Shown: in pieces, positions 17,270 to 28,693 of the stretch
Position numbering within the stretch: position 1 is the first letter of the stretch
Layout: each line of letters begins with the position of its first letter
Source: Terriglobia bacterium
Lineage (GTDB): Bacteria > Acidobacteriota > Terriglobia > UBA7540
DNA length: 31,569 bases
NCBI GenBank assembly: GCA_050018435.1
Contig: JBEKAD010000079.1
Span: 1 to 31,569, forward strand
Direction of reading: 5' to 3'
Made by a program: the position numbers and the translations under genes
Notes under the pieces: model-generated
What the model was told of the DNA's origin: nothing
Seen by the model: only the letters and a program-made list of their open reading frames with translations
Database searches by the model: none

Positions 17270-18808
17270 ATGGCAGAAATTAAAGAGTTGGAACTGGGAG
17301 GAACCAATGGCCCCACTTGGGCGGAGGCAACAGCGCCAGTTCCAACTCGGCAACGTAACGGAGTGGGAATGAAGAAGTGGAAGAAAGTTACACTCGCAGT
17401 TGTGGGTATCGTGGCCTTCCTCGGTTTGGCTGTGGGGGGGGTAGTGTGGAGCCGACGCGGCGTGGTGACGGTCCAAACCGGCAAAGTCCAGCGGCAGGAT
17501 TTGGCCCAGATCGTCACCGCTAATGGTGAGATCAAACCCGTGGAGCAGAATCAGGCCAACGTCAACGCCAATTCCATGGGAAAGATCACCGAAATCCTGG
17601 TGAAGGAAGGCGACCACGTCACCAAGGGCCAACTGCTGATGCGGACCGAGGACGTCCAGCAAGCGGCCAGCGTGGAGGCCCAACAAGCGGCCGTCACCAC
17701 CTCCCAAGCCGATCTGTCGGCACAGGACGCCAACGTGAACTCGGCCAAGGCCGCGCTCGATACCGCACAGGCGAACCTCGCAACGGCGGTAGCCAGGCTG
17801 AATCAAGCCACGGAAAATTTCAAACGTGGCCAGGAGCTCTCCAAGGACCAGTTGCTTTCCCAGCAGGATTTCGATACGCGGCTGAGCGACTACCGGGTCG
17901 CCCAGACGAGCAAGGATTCTTCCCAGGCGCAGGTGGGCCAGGCCAAGGCCCAATACCAGCAGGCGTTGTACAATCGCGACTCGGCCCGCGCGCGGGTGGG
18001 CCAGAGTAAGGCGCAACTTCTCGGTTTCAAGAATCAACTCGCCCAGACCGTCTACAACTCTCCCCTTGACGGAATTGTGACCTCGCTTCCTGTCCATTTG
18101 GGGGAGAACGTTGTCCCGGGAATTCAGAACACCACCGGAAGCCTGCTCTATCAGGTCTCTAACCTCTCGATCATGACGGTCGAAGTCAAAGTGGATGAGA
18201 CCGACATCCCCAACGTGAAGCTGGGGCAATCAGCCGACGTGCTGATTGATGCTTACCCCAACAAGACCTTCAAGGGCCACGTTACGCAAATCGGTGAAAG
18301 CGCCGTGGGGCGTGATACCGGCACTACTACCGGTTCCACTACCACGAGTGCGGACGAGGCCAAAGACTTCAAGGTTGTCGTCACCATTGATAGCCCGCCC
18401 CCCGGCCTTCGGCAAGGACTTTCCGCTACGGCGAAGATCACGACGGCGACCCGTCAGAACACCCTCACGGTACCGATCCAAGCCGTGACCGTGCGGATAC
18501 GCCGCGAGCTCGAGGAGAAGGAGCAAACGGCCAAGGGTGGTACGGGAAGCAATGTAACCGTTTCAGCCAAGGACAAGGAGAAGGGCAAGGAAGAATTACA
18601 GGGACTTTTCTTGATACAAAAAAGCCGCGCGACCTTCGTTCAGGTTGAAAGCGGCATCATGGGCTCAACCGACATAGAAATCCTGAAGGGCGTCCAACCC
18701 GGCGACGTTATCGTGACGGGCAGCTTCAGCGTTTTACGCACCTTGAAGAACAACACTAAGGTGCAGATTGATAACACCCCGGTGACAACGGTTACACAGG
18801 GAACATAA
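17270..18808 (+). CDS. Periplasmic adaptor / membrane fusion protein (MacA/HlyD-like)
   Basis: N-terminal TM, lipoyl half-motifs (GKITEILVKEGDHVTKGQLL; SPLDGIVTSL..GENV), a long coiled-coil hairpin, and VKVDETDI. GAGGAG SD. Confidence 0.93.
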   Translation: MAEIKELELGGTNGPTWAEATAPVPTRQRNGVGMKKWKKVTLAVVGIVAFLGLAVGGVVWSRRGVVTVQTGKVQRQDLAQIVTANGEIKPVEQNQANVNANSMGKITEILVKEGDHVTKGQLLMRTEDVQQAASVEAQQAAVTTSQADLSAQDANVNSAKAALDTAQANLATAVARLNQATENFKRGQELSKDQLLSQQDFDTRLSDYRVAQTSKDSSQAQVGQAKAQYQQALYNRDSARARVGQSKAQLLGFKNQLAQTVYNSPLDGIVTSLPVHLGENVVPGIQNTTGSLLYQVSNLSIMTVEVKVDETDIPNVKLGQSADVLIDAYPNKTFKGHVTQIGESAVGRDTGTTTGSTTTSADEAKDFKVVVTIDSPPPGLRQGLSATAKITTATRQNTLTVPIQAVTVRIRRELEEKEQTAKGGTGSNVTVSAKDKEKGKEELQGLFLIQKSRATFVQVESGIMGSTDIEILKGVQPGDVIVTGSFSVLRTLKNNTKVQIDNTPVTTVTQGT

Positions 18809-18933
18809 GGGGCCCTGGCATCCGGCAATTCCCAAGGGTTCGTGCCGGTGATGCCGCCGGCAAGCAGGTAGGTCAACACGAACCTCACCTAGTGCTTGGT
18901 TGCAGAAGTTAGCGACTTTATTTGTCGGCGGAT

Positions 18934-19072
18934 GGAAGGGCGGGGCTTTAGCCCCGCCGCAGAACTCGGGAGGGATTTAGGGGCTTTAGCCCCTGAAGCG
19001 ACGTGGCTTCAGGGCCTAAAGGCCCATTCAGCCCTCCGCCCTGAGGCGGCGGGGCTAAAGCACCGCCCTTCC
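18934..19072. repeat. Nested cluster of four GGGGCTTTAGCCCC-type REP-like units
   Basis: 27-bp outer arms at 18934-18960 and 19046-19072 (1 mismatch). The inner pair GGGGCTTTAGCCCCTGAAGC / GCTTCAGGGCCTAAAGGCCC surrounds a 6-nt loop. Confidence 0.88.
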
Positions 19073-19155
19073 GAGGACCATGAGCAATATCGCTTATTAA
19101 TGCAGCCAGGCACTAGCAGGCGCTAGGATGTCAGAAAAGGGGCGGGCAAATCGCC

Positions 19156-19896
19156 ATGGCAACACGAGCGGTCACATCCTCGATACAGGAAACACTGATG
19201 CCTTCTGACGGCGTTATTATCAAGGCGGACGACCTTTGGAAGACCTATGACATGGGCGAGGCCATTCAGGTTCACGCCCTCAGCGGGGTTTCGTTTGAAA
19301 TCGACCGGGGGGAGTACGTCGCCATCATGGGGCCCTCCGGCTCGGGCAAGTCCACGCTGATGAACCTGATCGGCTGCCTGGATACCCCGACGCGCGGCTC
19401 CTACTGGCTGAATGCGCAGTTGGTAAGCGAGCTTTCCGACGACGAGTTGGCTTACATTCGCAACAAGGAAATCGGGTTCGTGTTCCAGACCTTTAACTTG
19501 CTGTCGCGCGCCAGCGCTCTGCACAATGTGGAACTGCCCCTGATTTACAGCGGCATGCCGGCCAAAGAGCGATTGGAAAGAGCGGAGGAGGCCCTGCGCA
19601 AGGTCGACTTGGCTGACCGCATGCACCACAAGCCCAACGAACTTTCCGGCGGCCAGCGGCAACGCGTGGCAGTGGCGCGGGCTCTGGTCAACAACCCTTC
19701 TATTATTCTCGCGGACGAGCCCACCGGAAACCTCGACTCCGCGACGGGCGAGGAAATCATGGGCCTCTTCGAGCGACTTCACCATGCAGGCAACACCCTC
19801 CTGCTGGTGACCCACGAGCACGACATCGCCGCTCATGCCCATCGCATCATTCACGTTCGAGACGGCCGCATCGAGCGGGACGAACGGGTGGAATGA
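19156..19896 (+). CDS. ABC transporter ATP-binding protein (MacB/LolD-type, stand-alone)
   Basis: Walker [11 protein letters not shown]-loop [34 protein letters not shown] and the THE switch. Confidence 0.97.
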   Translation: MATRAVTSSIQETLMPSDGVIIKADDLWKTYDMGEAIQVHALSGVSFEIDRGEYVAIMGPSGSGKSTLMNLIGCLDTPTRGSYWLNAQLVSELSDDELAYIRNKEIGFVFQTFNLLSRASALHNVELPLIYSGMPAKERLERAEEALRKVDLADRMHHKPNELSGGQRQRVAVARALVNNPSIILADEPTGNLDSATGEEIMGLFERLHHAGNTLLLVTHEHDIAAHAHRIIHVRDGRIERDERVE

Positions 19897-19977
19897 TCGA
19901 AACTCGAAAATCGAAATTCGAAACTCGCAGGACGGGCCTCGAATTTCGAGTTTGGAGTTTCGGATTTCGAGTTTTCG

Positions 19978-19979
<2 letters not shown>
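19897..19979. repeat. Palindromic heptamer array: (TCGAAAN)4, spacer, then the inverted set
   Basis: TCGAAAC TCGAAAA TCGAAAT TCGAAAC TCG, an 11-nt spacer, then TCGAATT TCGAGTT TGGAGTT TCGGATT TCGAGTT TTCGAT. Confidence 0.9.
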
Positions 19980-21294
<1,315 letters not shown>

Positions 21295-21296
21295 GC

Positions 21297-22539
<1,243 letters not shown>

Positions 22540-22559
22540 ATCTGACTCCGCGTTAGCCA

Positions 22560-22645
22560 TTGGAATCTTGAATTCCGCATTGGCCTTTGGAATTTTGAAT
22601 CGGAATTTTGAATCGGGAATTGGGAATCTGGAATTTGGAATTGGG
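22560..22645 (+). repeat. About 11 degenerate heptamers, (T/G)GGAAT(T/C)-like
   Basis: GAAT recurs at 22563, 22570, 22590, 22597, 22603, 22610, 22617, 22624, 22631 and 22638, mostly with 7-nt spacing. Confidence 0.88.
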
Positions 22646-22847
22646 TGGAACGCCGCGCTCCCCGTGCCCAGAGTGGAAAGTATCATCCCTCGGGCGACGA
22701 GATGGCATCGGATGAGCAGTGGGTAGTGTCTCAGTTTGAATTTTGATAGTGCCTGAAATTTGTGTTGATGGCGCGCCAGAGGCCACTCATAGGCGCTTGC
22801 ATCGGTGGCATTACAATATTAGGATTTTCGAGTATCAAATAGTGTGG

Positions 22848-23012
22848 TCATGATTTATATTTCGCTACAATTTTCTCAACAAAGTGATGGCTGAACCAGC
22901 CTATTTTTTCGTACATCGTTGCCGAAAGTCCCTTATGGTACTGTTTGGATGGAGGGGTCTGAGGTCGGCGTTGCTGGTCTTTCTCAATTGGTTTTTCCTC
23001 CTGTTCTGCCAT
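22848..23012 (-). CDS. 54-aa small ORF inside the mobile cassette, no recognised family
   Basis: AAAGGAAG SD lies 5 nt before ATG 23012. Translation: MAEQEEKPIEKDQQRRPQTPPSKQYHKGLSATMYEKIGWFSHHFVEKIVAKYKS-stop. It falls below the ORF-track cutoff. Confidence 0.35.
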   Translation of the reverse strand: MAEQEEKPIEKDQQRRPQTPPSKQYHKGLSATMYEKIGWFSHHFVEKIVAKYKS

Positions 23013-23126
23013 GGCGATCTTCCTTTCTTGGGGACTCCTACAAGCCTACGGAGAGCGTATACCTGAGCGTTGCTAAGCGCAAGGCGTCAGTTTGAATTCT
23101 CGTTTTTATATGGACCGCGAGGTCCA

Positions 23127-23429
23127 AAGGTAGGCCAACACCTCGGGATCATGGCATTTCAGAACAGATTCCCGACTCCCTCATTTGTTTTCTTAGACGG
23201 CGATCAGGGGCAGAGTGTTGGATGTATGAACCTTCCTGGAGTCGATCCTCCTGAGGTTATAGTATTTGAGGCGTTACGGGCCAGAAATTGGCTTAATCTA
23301 AAAGACCGAGTTCGACGAGATTTCTCGGCAGTTGCTGACGCCTGCACTCAGGTAATGTCTCTACCTGATCCGCACGAATGGATTACATATGTTTCCAATA
23401 AACTCGTTCTGTCCGGCGATGTTCTATGG
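23127..23429 (+). pseudogene. Truncated fragment resembling the C-terminal TOPRIM region of an OLD-like ATP-dependent nuclease
   Basis: KVGQHLGIM...RFPTPSFVFLDGDQ...GCMNLPG.DPPE.IVFEAL...W...DACTQVM...HEW...LVLSGDVLW. The FLDGD (DxD) motif and overall pattern recall AAA-ATPase/TOPRIM nucleases (recollection, not searched). There is no ATPase domain, and the frame runs into the right TIR. Confidence 0.5.
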
Positions 23430-23519
23430 CACGGCGAGTCAATGGGGCTGAATTTCAAACTGAGACACTACCGAGCAGTGAGGAGCTCAAGGCAGGATGA
23501 TCCTCGACGCCCGGGGAAA

Positions 23520-24056
23520 CTAAGCAAAGATCACAAAGCCCGCGTAACCCAACCCGGTGCCCACCATCGCGCCCACCACCACATCACTCAGGAAGTGCAT
23601 TCCCAGCACAATGCGCGACGTGGCCACGCTCAGCGCGCAGAACAGCAGGGCGCCCATCAGGTGCGGATAAAAACCGCCCACCGCCAGGGTGAAAGCGAAG
23701 GCCGTAATGGTGTGCCCGGAGGGAAAAGAGAATTGGTCTGGCGGCAGCAGCGTGGCCCAGCAGTGCGGCTCCAGTGCGTTCGGCCGCTTCCGTCCCGTCA
23801 GTTTCTTCAGGAGGAGAAAGAGAATGGCCCCGGCGCCGCAGGCCGTCCACGCCGCGGTTATGGCCTCATAACGTGTGGAGCCGCCCAAAACCAGAACCAA
23901 TGCGCTCAGCCCGTACCAGAGCCAGCCGTCACCCCCGCGCGTGGCCAGAATCATCCAGAGGCGGAACCAGCGCGGCGGTCGCCAACGGTGCACGCGGCGC
24001 ATTAGGCGAAGGTCGCGCGTGGCGATGTAATCGAGCATGTGGCCCGGAAGCGTCAC
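23520..24056 (-). CDS. PAP2 family phosphatase
   Basis: C1 KKLTGRKRP, C2 FSFPSGH and C3 SRIVLGMHFLSDV motifs with TM helices. The GTG start overlaps the upstream stop by 4 bp. Confidence 0.93.
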   Translation of the reverse strand: MTLPGHMLDYIATRDLRLMRRVHRWRPPRWFRLWMILATRGGDGWLWYGLSALVLVLGGSTRYEAITAAWTACGAGAILFLLLKKLTGRKRPNALEPHCWATLLPPDQFSFPSGHTITAFAFTLAVGGFYPHLMGALLFCALSVATSRIVLGMHFLSDVVVGAMVGTGLGYAGFVIFA

Positions 24057-24961
24057 GCTCTCGCCTCCCCGGGGGCAGCCCGCATTCCCCCGGCGGAAGG
24101 TCTCTTTTCAAGACCCCTCCAGTGCTCCCAGCGGCTTCCCCAGCGCCGCGCGAACAGGTCTTCCATCACATAGTTGAGCAGGGTCACGACGGGAACCGCC
24201 AGGACCAGCGGAGCGAGAAGCCTGGCCACGGGCCTCTCCTTCATCAGCGCGGCGCAAATCTGCAGTACGTCACGCGTCAAGCGCCAAAAACTCCCTGACC
24301 CTCCCAGCACCTGCCCCCGCCCGCGCCGCAGGCCGTCGAGAAATTCCGTCTTGTTGCGCGCGCCAGGGACGCGTGTGCAAACACTCCCCAGGGAGCGTAG
24401 AGTGTGCGCGTCACTGCCGCCCAGCATGGCCTTTCCCGAGTGCTCCGCCATCCGCTCCGCCAGACGATTGCAGCGCTCCAGGATGTGGCCATTGCGCACT
24501 TCTACGGCGGGGAACGCGCCGTCGAGCCAAACGTAGTCCTCCAGCGATCGCCGGCCAGTCAGGGCGGAATAGGCGTGGTTCACGCTGTAAAACAGCTGTT
24601 GTTCATTCAGGTAGGCCACCAGGCGCGGCAGGTCGTTGCGGCGGCGCTGGATTTCCACGTGCTGCCGCTCCGCGAGGTCGTAGACGCCAACGTGCAGCTC
24701 GTTGCCGCTCGGCATCCGGCAGGTCACTTCTTCGCTCACAAAAAAGTCCGCGTGCCGGCTGAGCGTCTCCGCCGCGTCGATGGAGTCGTGATCGGAAACC
24801 GTCACCAGGTCCATTCCCCTGCGCCGGAGCGAGTGATAAACTGCTTCCGGCTCGCTGTAACACTCGCGGCAAATGGCTTTCAGGAGCGGCAGAGTACACA
24901 TGCCGGAGTGGATCGTATGGACATGCAAATCACATCGCACGCTATAGGTTAGAAAGGCCAT
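24053..24961 (-). CDS. PHP-domain metal-dependent phosphoesterase
   Basis: DLHVHT, SDHDS, NH and GGSDAH metal-binding motifs of the PHP family. Confidence 0.9.
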   Translation of the reverse strand: MAFLTYSVRCDLHVHTIHSGMCTLPLLKAICRECYSEPEAVYHSLRRRGMDLVTVSDHDSIDAAETLSRHADFFVSEEVTCRMPSGNELHVGVYDLAERQHVEIQRRRNDLPRLVAYLNEQQLFYSVNHAYSALTGRRSLEDYVWLDGAFPAVEVRNGHILERCNRLAERMAEHSGKAMLGGSDAHTLRSLGSVCTRVPGARNKTEFLDGLRRGRGQVLGGSGSFWRLTRDVLQICAALMKERPVARLLAPLVLAVPVVTLLNYVMEDLFARRWGSRWEHWRGLEKRPSAGGMRAAPGEARA

Positions 24962-25050
24962 GTTACGGCAATGTATATCCCGAATGAAGTATTTATGAAG
25001 AGTGTCTATTGCCTATTTACAGGATAGATGAACCGTGCAAAGGTGAGAGC

Positions 25051-26235
25051 ATGATCAACGCCGACCTTGTCTTCTTTGATGCGGGGGGCGGCCACCGCGC
25101 CGCCACTGAAGCTCTCCGCCTGGTGATGGAAGAACAGGGCGGGTGGAATGTCCGGCTGGTGAACCTTCAGGAGTTGCTCGACCCCGTTGATTGGGCGCGC
25201 AAGCTGACCGGCCTGCGCATGCAGGACCTCTATAATCTGATGCTGAAGAAGGGTTGGACGCTCGGCACCCCGCAGACCGTGCGCGTGCTGCAGTTTTTCA
25301 TCCGTTTGGTGCACGGTCAAACGGTGCGGTTGCTTCAGGAGTTCTGGGGCTCCAGCCGGGCGGAGGTGGTGGTCTCGTTGGTCCCCCATTTCAACCGCGC
25401 GCTCGCCGAGAGCCTGCGCCACGCGCGGCCCGCCACGCGCTTTGTCACCATCATGACCGACATTGCCGATTATCCTCCCCATTTCTGGATTGAACCCCAG
25501 GGGCAGTACCTCATCTGCGGATCAGACCGGGCAGTGGCGCAGGCGCGCGCCCTGGGCATCTGCGACGGTCGGATTTTTCAAGCCTCAGGCATGATCCTGC
25601 ATCCACGCTTTTATCAGTCCATCCCTTGCGACCCGCGCGCGGAGCGGACACAGCGCGGACTGGATCCTGACTCGCCCACGGGGCTGGTGCTGTTTGGCGG
25701 GCAGGGTTCCAACGCCATGCTCGAAATCGCCGAGCGCTTGGATGCCGAAGGCCCTCACCATCTTCAGCTCATCTTCATCTGTGGACGCAACCAGAAGCTG
25801 GCGGACGCCCTCCGCAACCGCCGCAGCCGGCTGCGGACCTTCGTGGAGGGCTTTACCACTCAAATTCCCTTTTACATGCGCCTCTCCGATTTCTTTATTG
25901 GTAAGCCCGGTCCTGGAAGTGTGAGCGAAGCGGTCGCCATGCGCCTGCCCGTCATCGTCGAGCGCAATGCCTGGACACTGCCCCAGGAACGCTATAACGC
26001 CGAGTGGGTTCTGGAAGAGCATCTGGGACTGGTGGTACGCGGACCGCAACAAATCCCCGCAGCGGTGAGGCAGTTGCTCGAAGCGGGCAATCTGGCGCGC
26101 TATCGCGCCCAGGCTGCCACCATCCGGAACCGCGCCGTCTATGAAATTCCCGCCATCCTGCGCCGAATCGTGGAGGGCTCCCCGGACAGCCCCGCGCTGG
26201 AGCCGGAAAAATCACTCAGCGAAGAGCGCACCTAG
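25051..26235 (+). CDS. Glycosyltransferase, UgtP/MGDG-synthase-like (GT28-type diacylglycerol glycosyltransferase)
   Basis: [27 protein letters not shown] and PQERYNA motifs. ATG 25051 is preceded by AAGGTGAG; the ORF-track start is 25009. It overlaps the mtnA 3' end convergently by 24 bp. Confidence 0.85.
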   Translation: MINADLVFFDAGGGHRAATEALRLVMEEQGGWNVRLVNLQELLDPVDWARKLTGLRMQDLYNLMLKKGWTLGTPQTVRVLQFFIRLVHGQTVRLLQEFWGSSRAEVVVSLVPHFNRALAESLRHARPATRFVTIMTDIADYPPHFWIEPQGQYLICGSDRAVAQARALGICDGRIFQASGMILHPRFYQSIPCDPRAERTQRGLDPDSPTGLVLFGGQGSNAMLEIAERLDAEGPHHLQLIFICGRNQKLADALRNRRSRLRTFVEGFTTQIPFYMRLSDFFIGKPGPGSVSEAVAMRLPVIVERNAWTLPQERYNAEWVLEEHLGLVVRGPQQIPAAVRQLLEAGNLARYRAQAATIRNRAVYEIPAILRRIVEGSPDSPALEPEKSLSEERT

Positions 26236-27267
26236 GCTTTCCGTAAAGGGCGCCCGCGCCACGCCGCGCTCGGTAATTATGGCGGTAATGTAGCGTTGCG
26301 GGGTAACGTCGAACGCCGGATGCCGCGCCGGGACCCCGAGGGGCGCTATGCCCACTCCGGCAAGATGGGTGACTTCGGCAGAGGAACGCTCCTCAATGGG
26401 GATTTGGTCACCCGAAGCGAGGCTCATGTCGATGGTCGAAAGGGGCGCGGCCACGTAAAAGGGAATGCCGTTCTCGTGCGCCAGCACGGCAACGGAGTAA
26501 GTTCCAATTTTGTTTGCCGTGTCACCGTTGGAGGCAATGCGGTCCGCCCCCACAATCACCGCACGAATCTCTCCCTGCTTCATGAAGTGCCCCGCCATAT
26601 TGTCGGTGATGATGGTGACCGGAATATGGTCTTTGGCCAGTTCCCAGGCAGTCAGGCGCGCCCCTTGCAGGAAGGGCCGCGTCTCATCGGCGAAAACTTG
26701 CAGCTTCTTTCCAGCCCCCACTGCGGCGCGAATCACGCCCAGCGCCGTGCCGTAGCCGCCTGTCGCCAGCGCCCCGGCGTTGCAGTGCGTGAGGACCGTT
26801 CCCGAGTCCGGCATCAGGTCCGCCCCGTGGCGGCCCATGGCTTCGTTGATGGCGATGTCTTCCGCCAGGATGCGCTTGGCCTCTTTCTCCAGGCCCACGC
26901 GCACCATGGTGAGCACCTGGGCATCCGTGGGGTGGGAGAATAGGGAATTCTTAAAGACGTCGCGCATGCGGTTGATGGCCCAGAATAGATTGACCGCGGT
27001 GGGCCGGGTTTTGGCAAGGGTCTCGGCGATGACTTCGAATTCTGCCTGCAGCTCGCCGGAGGTTTTTGCCCCCGAATTCTTGACGCCCAAGGCGATGCCC
27101 ATGGCTGCGGCCACGCCAATCGCCGGCGCTCCCCGAATCACCATGGAGCGGATCGCTTCTGCGACCTCGCGATAGTCCGTGTAAGTGCGGTATATCTCTT
27201 CCCCAGGCAAGCGCGTCTGGTCGATCATGCGCACGCCCTGCTCAGTCCATTCGATAGTTTTGAACAT
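26212..27267 (-). CDS. mtnA: S-methyl-5-thioribose-1-phosphate isomerase
   Basis: [57 protein letters not shown] and PAFDVTP motifs. Confidence 0.97.
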   Translation of the reverse strand: MFKTIEWTEQGVRMIDQTRLPGEEIYRTYTDYREVAEAIRSMVIRGAPAIGVAAAMGIALGVKNSGAKTSGELQAEFEVIAETLAKTRPTAVNLFWAINRMRDVFKNSLFSHPTDAQVLTMVRVGLEKEAKRILAEDIAINEAMGRHGADLMPDSGTVLTHCNAGALATGGYGTALGVIRAAVGAGKKLQVFADETRPFLQGARLTAWELAKDHIPVTIITDNMAGHFMKQGEIRAVIVGADRIASNGDTANKIGTYSVAVLAHENGIPFYVAAPLSTIDMSLASGDQIPIEERSSAEVTHLAGVGIAPLGVPARHPAFDVTPQRYITAIITERGVARAPFTESLGALFAE

Positions 27268-27334
27268 AATGACAACTTATCATACAGGTCGGTTTCTCAA
27301 CAAACTTGCTGGCAACCGCCATGTCGCGGAAACG

Positions 27335-28693
27335 CTACTCCCCCACCGCGTCCCAGAACGCCCTATCCAGTAAAGACAGAATCTGGTTCATCCATTCGCG
27401 GTGCTCGGGCTTCATCAAGACCGAACGCAGGCAAAGCACTGTGTCTTGACCGTCGGGCGAATCGGCAGCAAGCGAGGGAAAATAACCGACGGGCAAGCGG
27501 ATCAGCGCGAGGTGCAAGCCGCGCTTCGCGGCCGCCGCGAAGATGCGCTGTGACCGTTCCGATGCGAGGCGGGCGGATGCAACGCGAGGCGCCCAGACGG
27601 CAATGTCCAGCTCAGGGGGAAAAGGCACGATCCATCGTGAATCGGCGGAGAGTCGCTCCGCCAGGCTGACCGCGGCTTCTCGGCAGGCCTCAAGCCCCTT
27701 AGCGAATTCGCCCCCACGGACGAGGGGCAGCAATTTTTGGGTGGCCCACAGGGCCACGGCCGAAGCCCCCGGGCGCGAGCACTCCAAGCTGATTTCACCC
27801 AGGTGCAAATCCGATGAGGTGAAGTAGGTGTAGGGGGAGTCATGTTTGTAGAGCGCCCCCACACTCGGATCGCGAAACAGCACACACCCGCACCCATAAG
27901 GTTGCAGGCCGTGCTTGTGGGGATCAACCACAATCGAGTCGGCCTGGCCGATCACGTCAAACGCGGCGCGGGCTTCTTTGGCAAGATTGCCTGCGAGCGT
28001 GAAGTACCCGCCGTACGCCGCATCGACGTGCAACCGGAAGGCGTGTTGGGCGCGCAGGCGTAGGATCTCCGGCAAAGGGTCGACGGAGCCCGTCCCGGTA
28101 GTTCCCAGGGTGGCAACGACGCAGCCGATGTCTCCCCCCGTCAGCCTTTCTGCCAGAGCCCGAGTGTCCATCCGCCCCCGAAGGTCGCAGGGCAATTCCA
28201 CAAAAGGCAGCCCCAGCACGCGGCTGATGCGATGGTGCGTATAGTGGGCCTGCGCGGAGGCCGCAATCTTCTTTCCCGGGTGAAGTTGCCCCGCCACCCA
28301 GAGCGCCTCGAGGTTCGCCATGGTGCCGCCGCTGGCGAGATGCCCCAGGTGGGCCTGCCAGGTCAGCATGGCGGCGATCTCGGCGACGGCCTCCTTTTCC
28401 ATTGCTGAACTGGCGCGTCCACCGTCCAGCGCGTGGTTATTGGGATTAACCCAAGTGGCCAAAGCGTAGGCGGCGCGGGCAATCGGATGAGGTGGCTTGA
28501 GCATTTGGCCGGCATAAAAAGGATGGAAATACGGATAATTGTCCCGCAGGCGGATGGCGACTTGCTGCATCACCTCGGCAAGGCGCTCTTGGCCCGGTGC
28601 CCGCGCGTCAATGGCGGGAAGTGAAGCAAAACCCTCTTCCAGTACCCGGAGTGCCGCCGGTAGAATCTCGAGTGTCCCCTTTTCAAACTGCAT
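27335..28693 (-). CDS. Group II PLP-dependent amino acid decarboxylase (substrate unassigned)
   Basis: SGGTMAN, TLGTTGTGSVD, LHVDAAYGG and DSIVVDPHK (PLP lysine) motifs. ATG 28693 has an AGGAGG SD 5 nt upstream; the ORF-track start is 28708. Confidence 0.9.
   Translation of the reverse strand: MQFEKGTLEILPAALRVLEEGFASLPAIDARAPGQERLAEVMQQVAIRLRDNYPYFHPFYAGQMLKPPHPIARAAYALATWVNPNNHALDGGRASSAMEKEAVAEIAAMLTWQAHLGHLASGGTMANLEALWVAGQLHPGKKIAASAQAHYTHHRISRVLGLPFVELPCDLRGRMDTRALAERLTGGDIGCVVATLGTTGTGSVDPLPEILRLRAQHAFRLHVDAAYGGYFTLAGNLAKEARAAFDVIGQADSIVVDPHKHGLQPYGCGCVLFRDPSVGALYKHDSPYTYFTSSDLHLGEISLECSRPGASAVALWATQKLLPLVRGGEFAKGLEACREAAVSLAERLSADSRWIVPFPPELDIAVWAPRVASARLASERSQRIFAAAAKRGLHLALIRLPVGYFPSLAADSPDGQDTVLCLRSVLMKPEHREWMNQILSLLDRAFWDAVGE

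Larger units (their letters stand above)
22722..23472. mobile_element. 751-bp non-autonomous IS-derived cassette (IS1/IS1595-type ends) with passenger DNA
   Basis: Perfect 19-bp TIRs GGTAGTGTCTCAGTTTGAA (22722-22740) and TTCAAACTGAGACACTACC (23454-23472). They are flanked by the identical 8-mer GAGCAGTG (22714-22721 and 23473-23480). The interior is visibly AT-richer, with no transposase-sized ORF. Confidence 0.92.

Noticed and set aside
23070-24005. 311-aa ORF as a single gene
   Set aside because: It is chimeric: cassette cargo, then the right TIR, then antisense of the PAP2 gene.
28681-28690. TTTCAAACTG matching part of the cassette TIR
   Set aside because: It is only a 10-nt match inside coding sequence (QFEK), with no partner end or duplication. 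Consistent with chance.
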